Source: Armatimonadia bacterium (lineage in GTDB: Bacteria > Armatimonadota > Zipacnadia > Zipacnadales > UBA11051). From it: a stretch of DNA of 56,227 nucleotides. Location of the stretch: positions 1-56,227 of the forward strand of contig JBDKRC010000062.1 in assembly GCA_039683575.1 (NCBI GenBank), written 5' to 3'. Shown here piece by piece: positions 8,838 through 17,982 of the stretch (its first letter is position 1; each line of letters starts with the position of its first letter). Below the pieces are notes generated by a model. That model made no database searches, had not been told where the DNA came from, and saw only the letters and a list, made by a program, of their open reading frames with translations. A program made the translations under genes and the position numbers.

Positions 8838-8865
8838 GCCCGGCTCTTTAGTCGGGCTTCTCTTC
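8838..8865 (+). terminator. Probable intrinsic terminator
   Basis: GCCCGGCT-CTTT-AGTCGGGC stem followed by TTCTCTTC, 12 nt after the stop codon. Confidence 0.5.
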
Positions 8866-8872
8866 GGGTGCT

Positions 8873-8896
8873 GCCGGGCGAGACGCCCGGTCACGC
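8873..8896 (-). repeat. Single TCT-loop REP-like palindrome
   Basis: Reverse complement GCGTGACCGGGCGTCTCGCCCGGC resembles 38776-38799. Confidence 0.55.
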
Positions 8897-8943
8897 AGAT
8901 ACTGCTTTGTCCATTACATACCGGAACAGGGAGTTGTTGTTGT

Positions 8944-10164
8944 ATGATCCTGGTGATTAACTGCGGAAGCTCGTCGCTCAAGTACAAGCTATTCCGCATG
9001 CAGGACGAGACCATCCTGGCCAGCGGGCTTTGCGAGCGGGTTGCTATCAATAAGGGCGCTGACGCCCGAATCAAGCATAGCTGCAACGGCAATGGCTTCG
9101 AGAAGAGCATGCCCATGCCGGACCACGGGCAGGCTATGCGGTTTGTTGTGGAAGCGCTGATGGACCCCGACCACGGCGTCATCACCGACCTGAACGACAT
9201 CAAGGCCTGCGGCCACCGGGTGCTGCATGGCGGGTCCAAAGTCACCGAGTCCGTCGTTGTGACCTCTGAAGTCATTGATGTCATCAAAGAGATGGCCGTC
9301 CTGGGCCCGCTGCACAATCCGGCCAACCTCAGCGGTATCACCGCCTGCATGGAGCTTCTGCCCGGCACGCCGCAGGTAGCCGTCTTCGACACCGCTTTCC
9401 ACCAGACCATGCCCCGCCATGCCTTCCTCTATGGTCTCCCCTACGAAATGTACGAAAAGCACCAGCTCCGGCGCTACGGCTTCCACGGCACCTCCCACCG
9501 CTATATCAGCATGGTCGCGTCGCAGATGCTCGAAGAGCGCGGGGTTCCCCTGGCGGAGCAGAAGGTCGTCACGTGCCATCTCGGCAACGGCTGCAGCATG
9601 GCCGCGATCAAGGCCGGTAAGGTCATGGACACCAGCATGGGCCTGACGCCGCTCGAGGGCCTGCTCATGGGCACCCGCTGCGGCGATATGGATCCCGCGA
9701 TCGTCGTGTACCTCGCGGACAAGCTCGAGTTCACTCCCCAGGAGATGGACTCGTACATGAACAAGCAAAGCGGGCTTCTGGGCGTATCCGGCATCAGCAG
9801 CGATATGCGGGACATTGTGGGCAACAAGGACACCAATCAGCGCGCTCACGATGCCTACACGATCTTCTGCTACCGTGTGAAGAAGTACATTGGGGCGTAT
9901 GCCGCAGCGTTGGGCGGCGTAGATGCAGTAGTGTATACCGCTGGCATCGGCGAGAATGTCACGCCGCTGCGGGCCGACTGCCTGCAGGGCCTGGAGTACC
10001 TGGGTCTGGAGATTGACCCTGAGTTGAACGGGGCTCCCAAGCGCAATGATGTCGCCGGGTGGGAGATCGGCAGGCAGGAAGCAGCAGCCCGCATCTTCAT
10101 CATCCCGACTGATGAAGAGTTGATGATCGCCCGCGACACCGTTGAACTGGTGAAGGCGCAGTAG
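8944..10164 (+). CDS. ackA: Acetate kinase
   Basis: ILVINCGSSSLKY, GHRVLHGG, PLHNP, FDTAFHQT, RRYGFHGTSH, HLGNGCS, DTSMGLTPLEG, TAGIGEN, PTDEE. Start taken at ATG 8944. Confidence 0.97.
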   Translation: MILVINCGSSSLKYKLFRMQDETILASGLCERVAINKGADARIKHSCNGNGFEKSMPMPDHGQAMRFVVEALMDPDHGVITDLNDIKACGHRVLHGGSKVTESVVVTSEVIDVIKEMAVLGPLHNPANLSGITACMELLPGTPQVAVFDTAFHQTMPRHAFLYGLPYEMYEKHQLRRYGFHGTSHRYISMVASQMLEERGVPLAEQKVVTCHLGNGCSMAAIKAGKVMDTSMGLTPLEGLLMGTRCGDMDPAIVVYLADKLEFTPQEMDSYMNKQSGLLGVSGISSDMRDIVGNKDTNQRAHDAYTIFCYRVKKYIGAYAAALGGVDAVVYTAGIGENVTPLRADCLQGLEYLGLEIDPELNGAPKRNDVAGWEIGRQEAAARIFIIPTDEELMIARDTVELVKAQ

Positions 10165-10265
10165 GGGACGCTCATAACTGTCGGACTGGAACGGAACCTG
10201 CGTCGCCGTCGCGTGTTCCTCCTGGACAAGAGCAAGCTGTTTGCATTGCCTCCAAAGCATTACTT

Positions 10266-10292
10266 ACCGCGCCAGCTTTGCTGGCGCGGTTT
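10266..10292 (+). terminator. Hairpin after ackA, probable terminator
   Basis: Perfect 11-bp stem ACCGCGCCAGC-TTT-GCTGGCGCGGT followed by a short T run. Confidence 0.55.
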
Positions 10293-10326
10293 GGCTATGG
10301 GTATCTCGCTTCCCGGAGTCTGTCTG

Positions 10327-12969
10327 ATGCGTCCACTAATGATCTCCCTGCTGTCCAGCCTGCTGCCGCTTTGCGTATGGGCCGCCGATCAAGCCGCCCC
10401 GGCCGTGGAGGTGAAGCCTGTCGAGATGAAAGTACCTGCAGCTATCGCGCCGCTGATGGAGCTTTCTGAGGAGAAGATGCTCAAGCTCATCCCCGAGCAG
10501 TCGGGGCTGTTCTTCGTCGGCTGTGTCAACTGCTCATCTGGCCAGCAGGAGAGCCAGTTGACCGAATGGGACGTCCGGGAGCCCGACATCGTGAAGTGCA
10601 GGTTCTGCGGGCAGGCTTACCCCAGCGAGAAGTATTCGACCAGCGGCGTCACCGAGGTGAAGACGCCCGCCGGGGGGACCGCAAGGTATCCGTACTATGA
10701 GTCTCGGCCGCAGTGGTGGAAGGGCAAGGAGCCGTACCGGAGCTACTTCGCGGCTCGGGTTGACTACCAGAAGATCCGGTACATGGAGAACGCGGCCTTC
10801 GAGTTCGCAAGGACCTATAAGCTCACCAGTACACCTCAATATGGCCGCCGAGGGGCGCTGATCCTCAAACGTTTCGCTGAGCTCTTCCCCGGCTACTGCT
10901 ATCACTTTGACTATCCTTTCTCCCAAAAGGAGATCCATGACGGGGACGTTGCGCCCAAGGACTTCCGCGGTGGCTTCCGTACGGCCCGGTGGAGCTGGTG
11001 GGCCTATATGGACCTGTCCGACAAGCTGCTGCAGGCCTATGACATCCTGGCACCGTCGGGCGAACTGGGGAAGGTCGGGGCCGAGGATGGCGTCCGGAAG
11101 ATGCTCATCGCCATGGCCGATCAGCTTGTGGGCAACCGCGACGATTTGGGCAACATGAGCCCCGGCATGTGGGCCGACCTGATTCGCGGCGGGCGGGTGC
11201 TGCAGCGGCCAGATTACGTTCACATCGGCGTGGACCGGATGCGCCGGATGGTCACCGAGCTCTTCTTCTATGACGGGTCGTGGCAGGAGGGCGCGCCGTC
11301 GTATCACTCGCAGGTCATCGGCGGGCTGAGCGCGGTGTTCAACGCTGCCAGGGGCTACAGCGACCCGGCGGGTTATAAGTATCCGGAGACGGGCGAGCGC
11401 TTTGATAGCCTCGACATCGAAAAGAGCATGCCCGAGGTGGTGCGGGCGCGGGAAGCGCTGTCGCGCCTCCGCCTGCCGGACGGGCGGCTGGCACCAGTGC
11501 ATGATACGTGGTGGACCAACGCCCAGAGCAAGCTCTCCGAGTCCAAGCCTGAGCTGCTGGGTGGCCTGGGCCACGGCATCCTGGCGCGTGGACAGGGCGA
11601 CAACCAGTTTCAGGCGCACCTGACGTGGTCTCCCGGTTACGGGCATATCCATTACGATGGACTGAGCCTGTTGCTCTTTGCGAAGGGGAAGGAACTCCTG
11701 TCGGACATCGGCTACACCCATACGAAGTGGCGCGAGTGGACGCTGCTGTCGCCGGCACACAATCTTGTGGTTGTGGACGATGCGAACCAGGCTGCAAACC
11801 GGGACACCTACGGGCATCTGCGGGATTTCTCTACCCAGGGCCCGGTGCAGATCGTGTCGGTGGACAACCCGCAGGTCTATCCCGGTGTGACGAGCACCTA
11901 CCGGCGAACGGTGGCACTGGTGCCGGTGGATGAGGCGAATAGCTACCTCGTGGATGTCTTCCGCGTGCAGGGGGGCAAGCAGCACGACTACTTCCTGCAC
12001 GGGAGTTCCGATGAGGCGCAGACGCTGGAAGCGCCGGGACAGCAGTTCAGCGCCTGGCCGACACTGCTGCCCGAAGGGGTCCAGTTCGCACCCGCGGGGA
12101 GCGAGCAACAGTTCAGCAATACCAAACCGGGACAGGGGTATGGGTACCTGTCGAACCTGCAGGAAGCGAAACCCGCGCCGGGGCTGGTGGAACTGCAGTA
12201 TCGCACAGACAAGTCCGCTGCAGGCCTGAGCGTCTTCACCCTGGCGCAGGCGGGGGATGAGCTGTTCACTGGCACCAACCCCGCCATCAGGCAAGCGGGC
12301 ACAGATGACCGCAAGCTCGACCAGTACCAGCGCCAGTTCGCGATGCTTCGTCGTCAGGGAGGCGATTCGCTGTTTGTCAGCATCATCGTCCCGCACGGCG
12401 AGCAGGTGCCGGTACAGAGCGTGAAGCTGGTCGAGACGTCGGGAGCGGCTGCGGCGCTCGAGGTTACCGCGGGCGCGCGCCATGATCTCATCCTGATCGA
12501 GCCGCGCTCGGCCAGGGGGACGTGGCTTGGGAAGCCAGTCGAGGCGGACGCCGAATTGGTTGTGCTCTCGGTCCAGGACGGTAACGCAACTGCGGCGACC
12601 ACCATGGGCGGGAGCCTGAAGAGCGGGTGGGCCAACCTCATCCCGGAACCCCTGACGCCGGGACGACTGTTGGGGGTGGAGCGCCAGCCGGAAGGCAGCA
12701 CCCTGATCGTCGAGGGTATCGTCCCCCTGCCGGGAACGGTGATCACTCTGGATCACGCTGGCAAGCGCACCTCGGCCTACACGGTGAAGGCAGTGACGCG
12801 GGACGGCGAGAAGGCGCGAGTGTCGCTGGTGGGGGAGGCGGGTTTCGACTATGACGCGGCGACGCAGACGAGCAAGTTCAACTACCTGCCGCGCGAGAGC
12901 TATACCGGGCCGCACACGGTCAGCCTGTGCCCTGTGGCGCATCTGACGGTGACCGCGGTCAAGGAGTGA
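10327..12969 (+). CDS. Secreted heparinase II/III-like polysaccharide lyase
   Basis: Signal peptide (MRPLMISLLSSLLPLCVWA); DGSWQEGAPSYH, GHIHYDGLS, LLSDIGY, AHNLVVVD, YLVDVFRV. Confidence 0.8.
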   Translation: MRPLMISLLSSLLPLCVWAADQAAPAVEVKPVEMKVPAAIAPLMELSEEKMLKLIPEQSGLFFVGCVNCSSGQQESQLTEWDVREPDIVKCRFCGQAYPSEKYSTSGVTEVKTPAGGTARYPYYESRPQWWKGKEPYRSYFAARVDYQKIRYMENAAFEFARTYKLTSTPQYGRRGALILKRFAELFPGYCYHFDYPFSQKEIHDGDVAPKDFRGGFRTARWSWWAYMDLSDKLLQAYDILAPSGELGKVGAEDGVRKMLIAMADQLVGNRDDLGNMSPGMWADLIRGGRVLQRPDYVHIGVDRMRRMVTELFFYDGSWQEGAPSYHSQVIGGLSAVFNAARGYSDPAGYKYPETGERFDSLDIEKSMPEVVRAREALSRLRLPDGRLAPVHDTWWTNAQSKLSESKPELLGGLGHGILARGQGDNQFQAHLTWSPGYGHIHYDGLSLLLFAKGKELLSDIGYTHTKWREWTLLSPAHNLVVVDDANQAANRDTYGHLRDFSTQGPVQIVSVDNPQVYPGVTSTYRRTVALVPVDEANSYLVDVFRVQGGKQHDYFLHGSSDEAQTLEAPGQQFSAWPTLLPEGVQFAPAGSEQQFSNTKPGQGYGYLSNLQEAKPAPGLVELQYRTDKSAAGLSVFTLAQAGDELFTGTNPAIRQAGTDDRKLDQYQRQFAMLRRQGGDSLFVSIIVPHGEQVPVQSVKLVETSGAAAALEVTAGARHDLILIEPRSARGTWLGKPVEADAELVVLSVQDGNATAATTMGGSLKSGWANLIPEPLTPGRLLGVERQPEGSTLIVEGIVPLPGTVITLDHAGKRTSAYTVKAVTRDGEKARVSLVGEAGFDYDAATQTSKFNYLPRESYTGPHTVSLCPVAHLTVTAVKE

Positions 12970-12982
12970 GCTGACCGCCGCC

Positions 12983-13009
12983 GCAGGACATTCCTACGTC
13001 AACTCGGAA
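12983..13009 (+). promoter_or_regulatory. Putative alternative-sigma promoter GCAGG-N18-GGAA
   Basis: Same spacing recurs at 20773, 45122, 49455 and 52568; lies 30 nt upstream of the GH20 start. Confidence 0.55.
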
Positions 13010-13038
13010 ATAGGCGCGCATACCAGGAGGAACTGGCC

Positions 13039-15942
13039 ATGAAATGGTTGCTCTGTCTGCTTGTCAGCCTCTGTGTCGTCGTTCCAGTCTGCGCCGCGCC
13101 GACGTGGGATGAGTATGCCACCCACGCCCAGCAGCTTCCTGCCCTTGAGCCCACGCCCATGGGCGAGGGGCACCTGGGCCTGATCGAGAGCGGCAAGCTC
13201 GTTCAGATACGCTTCAAAGTCCCCGCTCAAAAGCCCACCTTCTATCGCGTCAACCTCAGCAACATCGTGGGCTTCACCGGCAAGGGCACCTCGTACCAGC
13301 TAGTAATCCGCGCCGACCGCCCCGATGGCCCCGTTGTCTATGAGGGCCCGACGATCCTCAATGGCGATGCCTGGAACGAGAGCAACCGCGAGCCCATAGA
13401 CCTTTCCGCCGCACTCAAGCCGGAGCATTCCAAGCAGGGCTACCTGGATCTCTACGTCACGGGCCTGATCCAGGGCGACGGCTGGACGCTCTACAAGCAG
13501 GGCGGCGGGCGCAACATGGTCGCGCTTGCGGTGGTGCTAACGCCCGAACTGCAGCAGCAGATCGAGCAAAGCGCGAAACTGGCGCAGCGCGGCATTGCGA
13601 TCATCCCGGAGCCGCAGAATGTCGTGGTTGCCGAGGGCGACGTGAAACTGACGGGGATTGTGGCAGGCAAGCAGGCGAACGACCAGCTATGCGCCGCCGA
13701 ACTGGCGGAGCGGGTCAAAGAACTGGGCCTGCCCGCGCTGAAGACAGGCGGGAACGTCTGGCTGTATCAGGCAAAGCGAGATGAGGCGGCGCTGGCTACG
13801 CTGCGCAAGCAGGGCTTCGCGGCAAAGGCTTCCGGGCACGCGGAAGGCTATACGCTCGAGATCACGCCAAAGGGGGCAGTGGTGTGCGGGGATGACGCCG
13901 CGGGGCTGTTCTATGGCGTGCAGACGCTGCGGCAGCTTCTGAAGGGAGACAGCGGCGGGGTACAAGCCCCCGCCCTACAGATAACGGATTGGCCGGCGTA
14001 CAAGCTGCGGGGGTGGCAGTACGACATCGCGCGTGGGCAGACCATCAACCTGGACTTCTGCAAGCGCCTGGTGCGCGAGTCCGCCCGCCACAAGATGAAC
14101 TGCATCATGCTCTACATGGAGGGTGACTTCCAGTTCGAGAAGTACCCGTTCGTCGGGCGCGAGGGGACCTTCAACAAGGAGAAGGCCCTCGCCCTGGATG
14201 AGTACGCCACCCGCTACCACCTGCAGCTTATCCCGCAGTACGAGGCGCTGGGACACGCCTCGGCGACGCTCAAGAGTGACACGCTCAAGGAACTGCGCGA
14301 AAACGGCAGCCCGTGGGTCTATTGCACGAGCGAGCCGAAGACCTGGACGTTCCTCGACGATGTCTTTGGCGAATTGGCGGCTGCCTTCCCCAACTCCAAG
14401 TACTTCCACGTCGGCGCCGATGAGTTTGAGATGAACTTCGGGCTGTGCCCGCGGTGCAAGCCCAAGGGGATCGGGCCGCTGTATGTCGAGCATATGACGA
14501 AGCTCAATGACCTGTGCAAGAAGTACGGGCGCACGATGTTGTTCTGGCCCTCGCACCGCGGCCCGACCGAGGAACTGTCCTACCTCTCTCTGAAGTACGC
14601 CAAGCAGATGCCCAAGGACTGCATCCCGACCGAGTGGATCTACCACGGACCGGCCGCGTATCCCGAGATCGAGCAGTACCAGAAGGCCGGCTATGAGGAC
14701 GTCATCGTCAGCCCGGCGGTAGTGGACTACTCGATCATCTGGCCCGACTATACCATGACCTTCCGGGGCATCCGGGGCTTCTACCAGGCTGGGGCGGAGC
14801 GCAAGTGCGGCGGGGCCATCTGCACCACCTGGGAACTGATGTATGGCGGGCTATACGAGAATAGCTGGTATGGCATCATCTATGCTGCCGAGTGTGGCTG
14901 GTCTCTGGGCCGTACCAGCAAGTCCGACTATGACCGCCGGATCGCCGTGGAATGGTTCGGCAATGCTGACCCCAAGGCCGCGGACCTGATCGCCGCAGCG
15001 TTGTACTCCCCTATGCCTCCGACGGGCCCGGCAGCCCTGTGGCGCAGCGGCAAGACCGTGAAGGACCTCTTCTGGTGCGCGCCGCAGGACTTCCGGCGGC
15101 GCTACATGCAGCGCGAGCCACTGTACCTGCAGCGTGCCCCGGCCCTCGCCGAGGCCTGCAAGCAGTGGGCTGATAACCTCCAGGCCCTCGGCAAGCAGAC
15201 GACTCGCAATCGTAGCACCGTCGAGTACGGCGACCTCGGGCGGCGGATGTTCGCTTGCGTGGCCGACAAGCTGCTGACTTTCGATCAGGCGGCTAAGGAC
15301 TATGCCGCCGCTCAGGAGGCCCTGCGCGGCGGCGACGGCAAGGCAGCGGGAGAGAAGCTGCTGGCAGTCGCTACGAGCCTGACGACGCTGGAGGGGCAGG
15401 TTGTGGGCCTGCAGGATGGCTTCCAGTATGCCATCAGCAATATGGGGGCGTTCGCCGGGGACCTGAAGGAGCTTAAGCAGCAGCAGGAAGAGTATCAGAC
15501 GTTAGTGACGCGGCTGCAGGAACTGGCGAAGGGCGCTACAGCGGGCACCCTCAAGGAGCTACCGGTCGCCGACGAGCTCGGCCTTAGCAACAAGATTGTT
15601 ACCCGCGTCGGCTCGTGGGAGCCGGACCAGATGTCCGAACAGGAGAAAGAACTGCGCTACGACCTCACCTCGTTCCTCAAGGCTCCGGGGCGGTATGTGG
15701 TGGAGTTTGAGTACACGCGCGGCGCGCATGGCCTGCGGATGCAGGACGTGCGGCTGCTCATGGACGGAGAGATCGTGGCGCGAGACGCTCACAGCGGCTG
15801 GGCAGGCGGCGGGAGCCGGGGTAATGTCTTCATCCTCAAGCTCGACAAGTACGAGCCCGGCAAAAAGTACGAACTTGTCGTAACCGCCGCGTCCTCGGGC
15901 GGCACGGACTCGCATGGTGACCTGTGGATGTCCATTGATTGA
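13039..15942 (+). CDS. Secreted GH20-family beta-N-acetylhexosaminidase-like protein, multidomain
   Basis: Signal peptide; IIPEPQ, EGYTLEI, GLFYGVQTLRQL, DWP...RGWQYDIAR, LGH, catalytic HVGADE; AGGAGG RBS. Confidence 0.88.
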   Translation: MKWLLCLLVSLCVVVPVCAAPTWDEYATHAQQLPALEPTPMGEGHLGLIESGKLVQIRFKVPAQKPTFYRVNLSNIVGFTGKGTSYQLVIRADRPDGPVVYEGPTILNGDAWNESNREPIDLSAALKPEHSKQGYLDLYVTGLIQGDGWTLYKQGGGRNMVALAVVLTPELQQQIEQSAKLAQRGIAIIPEPQNVVVAEGDVKLTGIVAGKQANDQLCAAELAERVKELGLPALKTGGNVWLYQAKRDEAALATLRKQGFAAKASGHAEGYTLEITPKGAVVCGDDAAGLFYGVQTLRQLLKGDSGGVQAPALQITDWPAYKLRGWQYDIARGQTINLDFCKRLVRESARHKMNCIMLYMEGDFQFEKYPFVGREGTFNKEKALALDEYATRYHLQLIPQYEALGHASATLKSDTLKELRENGSPWVYCTSEPKTWTFLDDVFGELAAAFPNSKYFHVGADEFEMNFGLCPRCKPKGIGPLYVEHMTKLNDLCKKYGRTMLFWPSHRGPTEELSYLSLKYAKQMPKDCIPTEWIYHGPAAYPEIEQYQKAGYEDVIVSPAVVDYSIIWPDYTMTFRGIRGFYQAGAERKCGGAICTTWELMYGGLYENSWYGIIYAAECGWSLGRTSKSDYDRRIAVEWFGNADPKAADLIAAALYSPMPPTGPAALWRSGKTVKDLFWCAPQDFRRRYMQREPLYLQRAPALAEACKQWADNLQALGKQTTRNRSTVEYGDLGRRMFACVADKLLTFDQAAKDYAAAQEALRGGDGKAAGEKLLAVATSLTTLEGQVVGLQDGFQYAISNMGAFAGDLKELKQQQEEYQTLVTRLQELAKGATAGTLKELPVADELGLSNKIVTRVGSWEPDQMSEQEKELRYDLTSFLKAPGRYVVEFEYTRGAHGLRMQDVRLLMDGEIVARDAHSGWAGGGSRGNVFILKLDKYEPGKKYELVVTAASSGGTDSHGDLWMSID

Positions 15943-15956
15943 AGGTGAGGCGCGAC

Positions 15957-17969
15957 ATGAGACACCTGACAATCGGCGCGCTGCTCGGACTGCTGGCGGC
16001 CATGGCGCAGGCGCAACCAGTGGCGCTGCCGCGTGCTACTGCGCCTCTGGCGCTGACGGACTTCGGGAAGCCGGAGACGCTCGACAACTGGAGGGGGCTT
16101 AAGCCCTCGGCGGCCACGCTCGATGGCCAGCCAGGCATGCAGTTCACCTTCCCCAAGTATGAGCAGGGCCAGAATGAGTGGCCCGCCGTGTATCTCAGCT
16201 ATGCCGACGGCAAGGGCTACCCCGTCAGGGACTGGTCGCACTACGGCAAGATTGTGCTGCAGGTCCGTAGCAGCAGCGACAAGCCCTCCGACCTGGCGTT
16301 GGAGTTGCGGGACAGCGAGAACCGCAACGGCTGGGCGCAGCACTTCACGCTCGCGCCGGGGAAGACCAACCGCCTTGAGGTGGTGCTGCATGATATCAGG
16401 CAGCAGGTCCAACTCTCCAACGTCTCTGAGATCGTCCTGTTCACGACCAGGCCAGCGGCGGCGTACACCATCACCATGGCTGACTTGCGGCTCGAACCGG
16501 GCGACAAGGCTCCCCTTGCCACCCTTGATCTTGCGTATCCCAACTACCGTGGGCTGATCTTCCCAGCAGCCGATAGGGTGACGTTAGAGGTACAGATCAG
16601 TCCGGGCGAGTACGCGGTGCGGCCCGAGCAGCTTACCGCAGAGTTGACCTGCCGTGGTGGTGGAAAGAGCGTCAGCGTCAAGCGCGCCCTGCGTGGCCGC
16701 CGTGCGACCATGGCGCTGCCGACAGCCGGCCTGCCGCAGGGGCAGGTGGAACTGACCGCCATTGTCGCCGGCGCCGGCCAGCCCCCACTGTCGCGGCAGT
16801 GGACCCTGCGCAAGATCGACGCGGGTGCGGTCCGCAAGCTCAAGGTCTACATAGACGAGAATAACAACACGATTGTGGACGGCAAGCCGTTCTTCCCGCT
16901 GGGTTGGTATGGCAATGGCCAGGTCAGCCAGATGCGGGAGATAGCCGACAGCCCCTTCAACTGCCTGTTGGACTACGGGACCACGAAGAAGCCGATCGAG
17001 GAGATGAGGGCCTATCTCGATGAGATGCAGAAACTGGGGCTGAAGCTCATCTTCTGCGCGAATGATATCTATCCGTCGGCTACCTACTACAAGGACAAGA
17101 CGCTGCACGGAGCCACGGGCAACGAGGCCATCACTGAGGCAGTCATCAAGGCCTATCGCGATCATCCGGCGCTGCTGGCGTGGTATCTGAATGATGAACT
17201 GCCGAAAACCATGGCGCCGGAGTTTACGGAGTACTATCAGCGGTTTCGTAACCTCGATCCCAACCACCCCGCCTACATTGTCCTTTGTAACATGGTAGAG
17301 TTGCGGTACTTCACCGGAACCACGGACGTCATGGGGGTGGACCCCTATCCCATCCCCACCCTCCCCGTGACGCGGGTGGCCGACTGGATGGAGGCGGCCA
17401 ACGACGCTACGCAGAATCACATGCCGACGTGGCTCGTGCCGCAGGCCTTTGCGTGGTATCAGCATCACCCGCCGGGCTCAGACCGGGCCCGCATCCCGAC
17501 CCCGGCGGAGCTGCTCACCGGCCGCGCACCTACGTATGAGGAATCCCGCTGCATGACATACCTGGCGCTGGCGCATGGGGCCAAGGGGCTCGTCTACTGG
17601 TGCTACTACAACATGCGGATGCTGCCGCAGTACAAGCAGATGTGGGAGGACCACAAGCGGATTGGCGCCGAGGTCAAGGAGCTTTCGCCGGTGCTGCTGT
17701 CGCCGGACGACCGCGGGACGGCACGCTTCGCGCCCGCCACGGCGCCCGTGCATACCAAGCTCAAGCGCCATGAGGGGCGTGAGTATCTGATCGCGGTCAA
17801 TGCGGGAACTGAGCCGTGTGTGGTGACGTTCAACCTCGGCCGCGCCCTGCCGACGACGGTCAAGGCTATGCTTGAGGACCGGGAAGTGCCCGCTGCGGGT
17901 AACACGCTCGAAGCACAGTTCAAGCCGCTGGAAGTCCATGTCTACGACCTGGGCCGCGCAGCGAAGTGA
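15957..17969 (+). CDS. Secreted putative glycoside hydrolase (clan-A-like TIM barrel with N-terminal beta-sandwich)
   Basis: Signal peptide; DGKPFFPLGWY, HPALLAWYLNDE, DVMGVDPYP, YLALAHGAKGLVYW. Confidence 0.65.
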   Translation: MRHLTIGALLGLLAAMAQAQPVALPRATAPLALTDFGKPETLDNWRGLKPSAATLDGQPGMQFTFPKYEQGQNEWPAVYLSYADGKGYPVRDWSHYGKIVLQVRSSSDKPSDLALELRDSENRNGWAQHFTLAPGKTNRLEVVLHDIRQQVQLSNVSEIVLFTTRPAAAYTITMADLRLEPGDKAPLATLDLAYPNYRGLIFPAADRVTLEVQISPGEYAVRPEQLTAELTCRGGGKSVSVKRALRGRRATMALPTAGLPQGQVELTAIVAGAGQPPLSRQWTLRKIDAGAVRKLKVYIDENNNTIVDGKPFFPLGWYGNGQVSQMREIADSPFNCLLDYGTTKKPIEEMRAYLDEMQKLGLKLIFCANDIYPSATYYKDKTLHGATGNEAITEAVIKAYRDHPALLAWYLNDELPKTMAPEFTEYYQRFRNLDPNHPAYIVLCNMVELRYFTGTTDVMGVDPYPIPTLPVTRVADWMEAANDATQNHMPTWLVPQAFAWYQHHPPGSDRARIPTPAELLTGRAPTYEESRCMTYLALAHGAKGLVYWCYYNMRMLPQYKQMWEDHKRIGAEVKELSPVLLSPDDRGTARFAPATAPVHTKLKRHEGREYLIAVNAGTEPCVVTFNLGRALPTTVKAMLEDREVPAAGNTLEAQFKPLEVHVYDLGRAAK

Positions 17970-17982
17970 AGAGGTACCATGA

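Noticed and set aside
7561..8896. Clustered repeats as a possible CRISPR array
   Set aside because: Repeats are inverted, belong to different sequence families and lack regular spacers; no cas genes seen
10534..12942. 802-aa minus-strand ORF (also 8989-10260, 21905-23446, 33201-34415, 38759-39925, 54147-55406)
   Set aside because: Antisense shadows of well-supported genes, expected with GC-rich codon bias, and with no recognisable motifs
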